From Azolla caroliniana (lineage: Eukaryota > Plantae > Polypodiophyta), in the NCBI GenBank assembly GCA_043228905.1, contig JBHGNT010000005.1, forward strand, positions 5,518,001 to 5,582,000: a DNA stretch of 64,000 nucleotides, in the 5' to 3' direction. This document shows, piece after piece, positions 52,365 to 64,000 of this stretch. The translations under genes and the position numbers were made by a program. Each line of letters starts with the position of its first letter. The stretch's first letter is position 1. The notes under the pieces were generated by a model, which was given only the letters and a program-made list of their open reading frames with translations, was not told the DNA's origin and made no database searches.

Positions 52365-55300
52365 TCACCTTTTCTTGTCTTTTGAGAGCTTCTTTTTCCT
52401 TTTCTTCATTGCTTTGGGTGTTTTGTTTTTCCGAGCTTCTCGCTTCTCCTCCTTCACTTTCTTCTTGTGAGCCTTGCGAGCATCTTTTGGGTCTCCCTCG
52501 TCACATTTTGGATTATTGACACACTCCTGAACATCAGTGTCACTGTCATCATCGCTAGAATCATCACTGCCACTGCTCTCTTCATCATTATGCCTATTAG
52601 GATCCTCTCCAACATTAACCTCATTATTGGTATCGATCCTCAGGCCTTCAGATTGCAAAGGTGAAACCTCAGTGATATCATTAACCTTTGGCTCCTCCTT
52701 ATCCAAAATTGATGGCACAAGTCGAACACCTGATAGGTCATTCTTCAGTCCAATAATTGTCTGGTAGTATATGCCCTCTGTATCCTTCCCACTCGCTATC
52801 CGTTGCATATCACGTTCATAATCCTTCACTTGATCTAGTGTTCTTGGAATGAACGACTGCATAACAATCATAAACTGATGTTTATTATCTATTTATTTAA
52901 TGAAATGAGAATGGATTTATACATGTTATAATGTGACGAAAACATAATGTGTTACACATACAACGGTCAGAACTACTGATATATATTAGACATTGCAGTT
53001 TTCACTCAGGCAAACTTCACATGTTTTCAATGTCACAGAGCATATATATATGTGCACTCCTTCAAATGTTTCTAGTCTCAAAGACAAGAATAGTGTTCTG
53101 CTGCGTTTTTTCTTTCAACTAATTTTCCCATGGCAGGCAATTCATCAAGGTTTCCCATCAATCATGAATGTATCAGTTAAAGGACTGTGTCGTCATATAT
53201 GCAAGCATCATAAACATTTTATCTATCTCCTGTTCTACTTTCCAATGTTTAATATGACTCACCTGAACAAAGACTGCTTCTGCCACTTTATCCTCAGGTT
53301 CTGGCCTCTCGTTGCGAGACTGAATGTTTTCCTGTATCTGTACAAAAACATTGCCCATGACACAAATGAATTAAAAACGTTTGTTTTTATGTAGACAATA
53401 AAGAAAACTGATTGTAATTTGACAAGCATACCTTCTCAAGATAATTGTCCACATCATCATCAGAGATTGATGGATCCACAACAAAATCAAATAGCTCGCG
53501 AACCATCATAACTGATACACCATTTTTTCTGAAGAAATCCTACATCAGAAAATATCCATGAATCAGCATCCTAGTTCTTATAAATCTTTGTGCATAAAAA
53601 TTTACAGCCAACTGACCGTCACATGTAGACAGTCTTCTCTTAAGAAATCAAGGGCTCGAGGATGATCCAAATCTACTGATTGTGACACATCGATGATGTG
53701 TAGATGACCCTAGCATCCATACAAAAAGATTAAGAGCAGAGAACCTCATGTTATTAAGGAAACAGGGACTTGAAAAAACCTCATAATATAAAATGTTGTA
53801 TTCACTCAGATCCCCGTGAACAAGTCTGCACTTTTGAAACATCAACCGCATCATGACAACCAACTGGATACCAAACAACCAATGTACATTCAGTCAGATC
53901 TCTCATAACATCCTTTTTTCTCTCCTGCCTAGCTACTGTTATCTTACCTCTAAATAGCACTCTCTCAACTTTGAGTCCGAAAGTGAAGCATCCTTCAAGC
54001 GAGGAGCCGGCCAACCATCATGACCTAATAATAACAATAATAATGGGGACAAAACTTTTATACAAGGAAATTCTTTTTTATTTCTGATGAGAACTGTATC
54101 TATTGAGGCAGTGATTACCTATAAAAGCCATCACTAAAACATGCAGCCTAAGCAGTAAAGGTGATGGGCAGCGAATTCCTGCACTTTTTAACCTGCAAAA
54201 ACAAAAACAGAAATCCATTAATCCAGGGTAGCATTGCACTTTGAAAGCAAGAGAAATATATAATGACATGCACAGCCTGATAAAAAGTAAAAATAAAATT
54301 AAGGACTTCTTGTGCCCATGAGTTGAGATCGTATGGGACTTCAAACAGACCTCCATCTTCATAAATACTTGGTTTCGAATATACATCAGCTCCTATTTAG
54401 GATAACCACCTTAAAACAACCTAAACCCTAAACCCTAAACCACCCTAGCTACAAACCTAAACGATGTCTAATATTTCATATATTTAGTCTATTTCCTTTA
54501 ATAGGCATTAGTGCCATGAGTGATCAGCATGTCGGTACTGAATCTCTGGTCTCACCACCAAACAAAAGCAACGTACAGCCAAATTTCCAAGAATAACCAA
54601 GTAATTTTTAGAAGAGACTAACACAGCAAGTTAGCTATCCTATTCCTGTTTCAAGTTATTCCACTATCTCCCAAGTAAGGTATTACTCAAGTTATTAAGC
54701 ATACCTTTACATAATCCTTTCACATTTCATTTTCATAGTTAACTTCTCAACCTATGAATTTGAGATAAATCTAGTACCTTGCAAGATTTCGCATTTCCTT
54801 CTCTGCCCATGTTTTCACCATCTTTCGAGGATTGTGTTTGCAATATCCATGCCTGAATCGATAATCACCTTGCACATATCTTTCCCGGTCTCTACATGTG
54901 GAGAAGAATGGCTAAGAATATGTACACGGCACACTTAGAAAGTTATTTGAAATCCATACAGTTACAATTACTGTTGCTAATTACTGAAGAAATGAGATGG
55001 GCATATCAAGTGTCTGAATGCACCCAAACTGGATTCAAAAAGAGTTATTCTAGTTTCCTGATTCAGCAGAGATAACTATGAATCATGATCTCAGTGCGTT
55101 CTGGGAACACGAGAAGCATTGTAGATTATGGGAACTTTGAAACCTAATAAAAAGTGTGTTCCTCACTTTCCACGAGAGACAATGTTTCAGCTTCAATTTC
55201 TCCTTAAATAGCAAAAGTGTTACATTAGGGAGATGTAATGGCACAAGAAAAACTTGATATTTTCTTTTAAATTTTAGATACGCACTTCTTAACACACCTA

Positions 55301-57696
55301 TGCAATATTTGGTGGTTTTTAAGTTGCCTAAATAAATATCGTTACTATGTTATTTTATGTAGGGCCTTAAAAATATTGACATGATTGGTTATGTTCTAAG
55401 ATTCTTTTGTCAGTGCTAATCATTATTACTGGTCAGACACTGTAATCTAATACTTATAATTCTGATCTGAATCACTCTAATTAATCATCTAACTGTCAAA
55501 TAATTCAAATGTGAATTGAGTGAGTATGGGCAGATGCAACTATTAATTAACCAGTAGCAATATAAAGATGCCAAGTGCTATTTGTATACTGTAGAAAAGA
55601 ACCCACTTGAACACAAGTATTGAAGTTTTATAAATCTTTATTGCTAGCTCATCACCAGTGCTTGCCGTTGCATGATATACATTTGCCTACAATCATCACA
55701 TAGTAGTATTAGTTAGCACATGCAATGTACATAATATTTAAAATAAACTTAAAAAAACAATGAAGGATTCTTAATACCTCTTTACCAGTGGAAATGCACC
55801 CATTTATATCACTGAAAACCCCTTGATTTAACATTTTGAAAAGGACCATTCTTGTCCTGGGATCAATTGCCTGCATGAATGAAAATCCTCATTTTAGTTC
55901 AAAAACCATACCACTTTGCTGTACTTTCAGCAACCACTTCTATCTAGTACCGCACAATCAAAATAGTGCTCAAGTGACAATTAGACAGTCTATCAACATA
56001 CATACTAAAACACTTTTCACAGGACTTACTTGTTCAACAGTTGCACGATCCGCCTTCTCAAACACTCGAGTTTTGTTCTCTGAAATGCGACGAACACTTT
56101 CACGAATAGCTGTACTTACAGAGTTGTCCATTCCCACAGATGTTTTGGATCCCCATTCCTAAAATAAAAAAATTTACATTTTACATCTGCAGAAGTGTTT
56201 GTGGTTCCTCCCATGTTGTGAAATAAATCTATAGTGCACATAGGACTACATACCTGCAGTGGGCCAACATTTATACGAGATGTGTATTTCTGATATTGAT
56301 TACTCCGGGATTGCATTGAATTCTGGGAAATTACAGAGCCACCATTTGCATTTGGGCGATTTTGCAAAGAGAACGATGATTTATACGCTGTCGGAATATG
56401 AGTGCCACCCCTAGATTGCAAATCTGAATATACATTTATACATAGTAAGCATGTGTCCTGATAGTAATCACATGGAGATCAAATGAAGTCAAAGCTCCCT
56501 TCTTTAAAGGTCTTGATAATCTATACATAAATCCACAATTTTGAAAGGCTAACAGCGAGAAAACGAGAGGATAAGGAAGAAAAAGATTGTAAGCATTCAA
56601 AGTTGTAGAAGTTACCCCAGTTGTCTTGATGGAGTTTTGAATGAATTCAACTTGGAACCTAATCGAGAATATCGATTTGAGAGAGGAGGTTTAAATGTGA
56701 AGAGGAAGAACAGAAAACTACTTGTAAGATCTATTCCACGAATCGTGGATTATAATTTATTGGATGAAACTGAGATTTGAAAATTAGGAGAGTCAACAAA
56801 CTATTTAAGACTGAAATATTTACATGTCTTCATGATGAATAATGCATTCATTTCATATTGTAGTTCTGAATAAGATTATCATAAAAAGTGATGTAATGCC
56901 AAGCTTGTCCCCAAGCCAGTGAAGTCCCTCAAACATCTAAGAGTTCATGTATAACTACAAGAGCTGAAATGCCGTCATGAAGGCTACATCCACAAGAATA
57001 GGAGGTGTGATATAGTGAATGCATCATCAAAAACAACACAAAACTTACAGTTACATATAAGCATAAGAACAAAATCAAACAACAATCATATGGGATAACA
57101 GAAAACAACAGAGTAAAATTAAATGACGAGGACGAAATCAGAAAGACAAAAAAATCGATCAAAACAAGCAATTGAAGAGAAGGAAGAACCTAGTATGCCA
57201 AACTTTCATATGAGAACTACTGGTTTGCACAAATTCCTCATACAAGTAATTGATGGAAGAGATAGAGAAACTATCCAGATTCTCTGAAGACCTTTGCAAT
57301 CAGGTAGAAAGGAAGAAACTATTAAAACCAATATTCGTAATGAAAACAAGTTCAACATTCATGGAGAATAAAAAAACAATAAGCTCGCCGGAGAATATAA
57401 GGGCGGCTCTTACCGTCATGAAGATCAAACCAGTCCAAAGCACCCATAACTTCATCGTCGTCGTCGTCGTCGTCTTCGTCATACTCATCATCTTCTTCTT
57501 CCCCTTCCTGGTCTTCTTCTTCTTTGTTCTTCTTGACCACTGATTCGTCTTTTTCTTCTTCTTCTTCTTCTTCTTCTTCCTCCTCCTCCTCCTCCACTTG
57601 TGTTCCTGCTTCTGCTAATGCTTTCCTTGTTTGCTGAGGATCGAACTCGGTGGGAGCCACAGGATGCAGAATCTGAGTTTCCTTAGACGATATCAT
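52365..57696 (-). CDS. RIO1: Serine/threonine-protein kinase RIO1, 623 aa
   Basis: 13 exons: 57696-57414, 56423-56254, 56158-56030, 55870-55778, 55686-55607, 54891-54778, 54192-54119, 54024-53948, 53863-53780, 53709-53617, 53539-53432, 53337-53263, 52856-52365 (1872 nt). Motifs [65 protein letters not shown], and a K-rich tail. Confidence 0.95.
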
Positions 57697-57771
57697 CGTC
57701 GTCGTTATCTCTGTTCTTTCCGGAGAAGCCTAAAACCTTCAATGAGCATGACCTCTGTTTCTGCCACACAG

Positions 57772-57848
<77 letters not shown>

Positions 57849-57849
<1 letters not shown>

Positions 57850-57906
57850 CCCAATGGAGACCAGGAGGTCATGGGTTCAAGCCCTACCTTCCACAATGGC
57901 ATCTAG
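57849..57906 (+). mobile_element. SINE-like fragment (B-box half) related to the LTR Pol III module
   Basis: cccaatggagaccaggaggtcatgggttcaagccctaccttccacaatggcatct aligns with cccaataagaccgaaaggtcatgggttcaacccccaccattccatgtggcatct. Another decayed piece lies near 58010-58060. Confidence 0.55.
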
Positions 57907-60900
57907 TACGTATGTAAATGAAGAGCATATATGTATGTATGTATGGACTATTAATTATAGAGAGGTGAGAAATTTGGGTTTCGAACCCAACCCATAGTGC
58001 TTGCTAGTTACTGCCTTCTCGGTTAGTAAAGGTTCCCCGATGGAGACCAAAACGTCATGGTTTTGGGTTACCTTGTTAGAGACCTCTCACGATATTTACG
58101 CACCTCCTAAAAGTATCCTATGTTGCCCACACACTATGCTTTTGCTTTGCTAGTTTTTTTTTTCAATTGTCGTCTACTGAACCCCTCGAAGCTCGCCTCA
58201 CTCGTGAATTAGCCTTTGTGTTCATGCGCATGTACCCTCTAGTTGTTGCCAATGTCGGATCGGTTTAAAACGCTCAATCTCCCATTGAAGCTATCAAGAT
58301 CCATCGACAATTTAGATAGGTCGTGGAAAGAGATGTAAAATAATATAACGTGAAAGCATCTCCTTTATATCTCATATAAGAGCCTTTAGACATCCCACTG
58401 ATTCGATGTAACAATTTATAATGTATAGATTCATGAACATAGTGTATTAGCTGGCGTGTAGGGTGGGTTTATACTATTGGAATTTGGAACCATCCCGGGT
58501 TTTACAGGAGTGATGCCTAGAGTTAGTGGTGGTTTTGAGGCTACCGAATAAGGATCCCAATAAGAGAATTTGTTAGCCCTTTGCAAATGACTTGACGGAC
58601 TCTCATAATTCTTTTCAATTCTATAGGAATTACATCATGGAAGAAATCAAGATCCACCAACTAAGTTGACAAAACTGTTAAAACTTTTATAAGTGGTAAA
58701 CGGCTTGTGCTTTGTAGCCTTAAGAAAGATTGCAAATTTAATTCTTGAGAAATGAGTTTGATATTGTGTTTGTTACAAAAAATCATTCATGATTTTTAGA
58801 CTGAGTTGCATGACACCAACGTGGTGCATTACACCATATTTTCCATGTCTTAATTAAATATATTTCTTTCTTATACAATATTATTTTTGGCTTTAGTCTT
58901 TTGATACTTAAAACAAGAATTGAATGTTTTTATGCTTCAGCCAAACCCACTGTTGATTAACACAATCTACGATGAATGTGGATTATTCAACTAAAAAATG
59001 GCCCTAAACTTGTGTATATGTATAAAACATACCCTCCCCTTCACTCATCCTTGGTTGCATATGTTCAATGGCATTCTTATAACAGGATAAGTTCACAAGG
59101 TTTCAATTGAGATTTATTACCAAATATTTCTTTCAACTTGGAAGGAAATATCGACATGTATATATTAGGAAAATTGCAAATATAGCACAAAATACTTTGG
59201 GGCAAATTCTCATTAGAAGCATTTGAAGTGATAAATAACAAAAGCAAACATTTGTCCTCACAACATTCCGTAACTTTCCTCATATATGTATAATGTCACT
59301 AAGAGACAAAGTTCAAACAACAATTCATTTCTTAGGACCCACCATCTCCTACCCATAATCTTAGTTTGACCATCATCATGTAGTTCACTACTCAACCAAC
59401 TATTCAACCTTCTCCTTGTCGACGTAATAATTGATCCATCGTGAAACTAAACACTTCTCGAGCATATTGTTGCATGTATGTAAACAAACCCATTCAAAAA
59501 ACTTAATAAATTGCTTACACCTTTTTTTTAAATCAGAGACAAATCAATGCCAATTGTAGTTGATCAATGTTAAAAGTATGTAAAACACTATCAAACATTT
59601 AAAGTACAAAAAAGTTTTCCCATTTTAATCAGTGATGTGTTATGTTTTACATCATTGTGTTGAAATTCAAACTATCTTGAAGAAATCCACAAATGCTTGA
59701 GGGGTAGGAAGATGAACTTGCCAGGGCATTCCAAAGAGATTCATTCACATGCAAGCGCACACGCGACAATCCTTGCTCAGTCTTTCAGACTTCATTTCTT
59801 GATAGTCTTTGTACTTTTATCAAAGAGTTTATAACACTCTTACTATGTATACACCCCAATGTACTTTGTTCCCACTTTTTTAGCAACATTATTGGATTTT
59901 GTCAGCTATTCTCCAATGGAGGTGGTTTGAACTATGTACTTTATTGTTAGTTACCTACATTAGGTATGTATACTCATCTTTCAAGACATTATTAACTTTA
60001 GTCTTTGCAATATAGAATTTGTTTTTCATCATACTAAATACAATAGATTTTTACACAATTGTACCATCTTGAATTTGTGTTTGTAATGCAATTACAGAAT
60101 CCCATAATAACACTTTTGGTGACCACGATGAGCTATCAAACATTTAGTCGATGAACTTGATTATCATTTGAAAGGGTTGATAGAGTGTGAATAAAGCAAG
60201 AAGCTTAAAGAAGCAAAGACAACGGTGTGCATATGATGAAGTTGAATTACAAAATGGGTCTAGCAGATTTAGTGGAAGGTGCTTCGATACTTGTGAATAA
60301 CATCAAGGACACAAAGGGCAAAAGCAGATACCCTAAAGGGGGCGTGGAGAGAACAGTCCATTGATTTATCACAAAACCACCGCAAACTCCTAGAATTCGA
60401 CTTGACATAAAGTAAAACCCCAGCATTATGGATTACCTTGAAAAAAAACTAAGTGCATTGTTTTTTCATGAAGGCTACCTTGGGCTTCCATTACAAATCG
60501 AAATGTAGGGGTAACTTAAGTAAAATTGTGATTTAAGGATGTGACATGTTTCAACTACATAACATAGACGATCCCATATTTAGGCTATCAAAATGGCCTT
60601 TTACTTGTGAGAGGGAGACAACCTCATCAGTAAGTCACAAGGGGTTAAATCATTACGAGGTTTATCTCCCTAGGTTTACCATCCCCAAATTTGCCCTCCA
60701 TAGGCTACCTTTCCTTGGTAATCAAATTTTCAGCTTCATGAAGGACATGAGGATCACAATGCATGTCTTGAAGTTTGAGAGGTATTTGAAAAGCATCCAA
60801 TCATTAATGATCACCACAATAGGCCCAATTTTACTGTGCTATGAGTTACTTACAAAGATAGAAAAACCGGAGTTGTGAAGTGCTATAAAGGTGAAAACAA

Positions 60901-62351
60901 ATTTTTTGAGCGCATGACATTTTACCCACATAGGGTAGAGACATGCATGAGTATATTATTAAAAAAACATTGTACGTAAAAGAAGGTTGCACTTTTTGAG
61001 AGGTGAAAACTTGCACCGAGATTACTCTCTCAATTTTAGGGTGAAGTAAGCATGTCCTCAATTATTTACTTTATGAGGCAAAAGATCAACAAGGGCACAC
61101 ACGATAAATTTGACTAATGGCAGTTATCCCATCACTTAAATATATAAAGTGTCTTGTTTAATTTAATAAAGTGAAGGTGGAGACGAGTCGAAGTACAAGA
61201 GAGGAATGGTGTAAGAGAGAGAAAGAAAGAAAGATATATTAACGTCTTCTAAGACCAAAATTGGTCCATGAGAGAGAGAGAGAAATATATTAACGTTTTC
61301 TAAGACTAAATTTGGCCCATGCAATAATTGATTACAATAATGAGAGAGATGTCGGCCCTCTCCAAGGGGCATATGGTTTGAAAACGAAGAAAAGAGAGAG
61401 AGAGAGAGTCACAGAGAGTAAAAGAAACGCCTTATTCAATGATGAGAGAAAGCATACCTTATTCTAGTATGAAGACCGTCCAAAAGAGCACCTTTTCTAA
61501 ACAATGCATGAATTCTTCTTCCTTTTTTTTTTCTTTTTCACACTTGTTATGGTCGACATCCTCCAAAAGACAAGTGCTTCTCGAGATGTTCGATGATTTA
61601 TAAAAAACAATTGCCAAAGTGCACGACGACGCCTCGAAACAACATTCAGGGTCACTTTTTATCCCTAAACTGGGAAAGGATATCGGCTTCCTATCGTGTG
61701 ACCTTACAATGTTCAAGCACTACGAGTGCATAGATATGGAAGCTTTAGTCTCTCCCCCCCCCACCCCCCCCTAAGTATTCTAAATGGAATAATCCCAATT
61801 GTGGTCTTCACTATCTAGTAGACAAATGAATGAATAGGAATGACCCTTTTATCCTTTCCTTCCCTTGGACCAGAAAGTGAATGACTCTCTGCATACATAC
61901 ATACATACATACATACATACATACATACATACATACATGCATGCATGCATGCATGCATGACAAAACTATACTTATCCTGTCATCAGTGTAAACACTTTAC
62001 AAGATTTTAAAACTCTATGTGATAGGCGGGGGAAACAACCATTTCGGAGGCTGAAAATACCAATAACGAGTGCCGTAATTGGATGTCATGAATGGAGTAG
62101 CCGTCTAGATGATAAGAAACTCATGCTGTTGAGCAATTTTAGCATCAAAATCTCCAACTATACCATCCCATTGGCCCTTCAGAGTATGAACAATGTCTAA
62201 CCAAATATTTGAAACCAAATCACCTGGTGATGTTTTAAGACAATAATACTACACTTACTCTTTTGAGCCTGCCAATTTGGACATGACGAATATGGACGTA
62301 ACTAAATACATTACTATGCCATGCATATGATGGTTTGGCCATAGGGACATT

Positions 62352-62906
<555 letters not shown>

Positions 62907-63265
62907 ATGCCCTTTGAAACGTAAGTGAACAAAACAAAAAGAAACAAAAAAAGAAAACAGAACAGAACAGAGGTTCCTTTCCCCTGCCCCTGTCTCTGTC
63001 TGTCTGAATTCAGAAAGACTTGCTGCAGCATGAATGAACATGGCCATGGCTATGGCGATCAAATAACACCTAACCTTCTTCATACACACATACATGCATG
63101 TCTCTATCTCTCTGCTCTGTTCTGCTCTGTTCTGCTCTCTCCTTCTCTCTGTCTCTCTGTCTCTCTGTCTCTCAATGTGATGGAGCTCTCTTGATCCCCA
63201 GCTACAGATCAACCACCACCAAAAAGCTAATGCAACCGCAGCCAGAGCTCTGAGAGAGAAAAGAG

Positions 63266-64000
63266 ATGGGTTTCTGTGTTAGGGTTCTGTTCAGTTCTCT
63301 CTACTTGCTATGCCTCTGCTCCTGCTTCTGCTGCTTCTGCTTACTCTGCAGGTCTGCGCCTGTGGAGCAAATCAGAGCTGTTCTCGGAGATCTGAAAGGA
63401 GGAGACACCTCTTCATGGGATACGAGTGGAAGCCATCCATGTAGCTGGAAGGGGGTCCTCTGTAACAACAGCAACAGCATCAGCGATGGCGATGGCGATG
63501 GCGATGTGGTGGAGCTCTCTCTCTCAGGATATGGCCTCCATGGCTTCATCTCCTCGGACATTTCTCTCCTGGCTCAGACCCTCTCCTCCCTCGATCTCTC
63601 CAACAACTCTCTCTCGGGTGCCATCCCGCCCTCTCTCTCCGACTGTCTCGCCCTGTCATATCTCAACCTCAGCACCAACAAGCTCTCCGGCTCCATCCCT
63701 GCTTCGCTCGGAAAGATGCAAGACCTGCGAATTCTCGATCTTTCTCAGAATGAGCTCATCGGTTCCATCCCTGACAGTATCATCAACAACCTAACATCCC
63801 TTGAGATTCTCATACTGGATTCGAATCATCTTAATGGAAGCATACCTTCCGATTTGAGCGCCTTGACTGCCCTTACACAACTATCCCTCGCGAAGAACTC
63901 CATCTCCGGCCTCATCCCCGACATGAGCAGCCTGTCCAGCTTGCAGATATTCTCTGCATATCAGAATAGCCTCAGTGGCCCCATTCCTGAGATGGGCCTG
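63266..64000 (+). CDS. Extracellular LRR receptor-like kinase or protein, 5' part (runs off the window)
   Basis: Open frame to the window end. Signal peptide MGFCVRVLFSSLYLL, LRRNT cap SSWDTSGSHPCSWKGVLC, then plant LRRs LxxLDLSNNSLSGAIP. The FSAYQNSLSGPIP repeat recalls PXC3-like LRR-RLKs. The kinase domain is not visible. Confidence 0.9.
   Translation, partial: MGFCVRVLFSSLYLLCLCSCFCCFCLLCRSAPVEQIRAVLGDLKGGDTSSWDTSGSHPCSWKGVLCNNSNSISDGDGDGDVVELSLSGYGLHGFISSDISLLAQTLSSLDLSNNSLSGAIPPSLSDCLALSYLNLSTNKLSGSIPASLGKMQDLRILDLSQNELIGSIPDSIINNLTSLEILILDSNHLNGSIPSDLSALTALTQLSLAKNSISGLIPDMSSLSSLQIFSAYQNSLSGPIPEMGL

Noticed and set aside
58280-61100. Possible decayed transposase or other coding relic
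   Set aside because: Short Cys-containing frames (CCEDKCL), but no motif I can assign. Similar unassigned relic-like stretches lie at 3100-3900, 5990-6600, 18200-18600, 20640-21090 and 38075-39200.

Overview
Repeat-rich nuclear DNA of a land plant with spliceosomal introns and many microsatellites. It is most likely a fern or other non-seed plant (inference from a DYW:KP-type PPR gene and the retrotransposon types). Apparently intact genes: a small single-pass membrane protein (2.1-2.8 kb), a PLS-class PPR protein with a variant DYW:KP deaminase domain (7.3-10.3 kb, minus), a 4-exon CYP71-clan P450 (39.5-41.8 kb), ATP-citrate lyase subunit A (13 exons), tRNA-Ala(UGC), RIO1 kinase (13 exons, minus) and the 5' part of an LRR receptor(-like kinase) at the right edge. 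A second, divergently oriented P450 copy (16.2-20.0 kb) has a +1 frameshift. The rest is mostly nested transposon debris. Highlights: (1) a hAT element with perfect 21-bp TIRs and an 8-bp TSD whose transposase core is replaced by a captured ubiquitin-RPS27a gene; (2) the DYW:KP PPR, a candidate U-to-C RNA editor; (3) tRNA-Trp-primed LTR elements whose ends repeatedly abut an ACGT-type 4-bp target; (4) a chromovirus whose two LTRs each carry a tRNA-like Pol III module and which has no tRNA PBS; (5) a 48-bp minisatellite built from two alternating 18-bp palindromes. All assignments were made by eye, without database searches.
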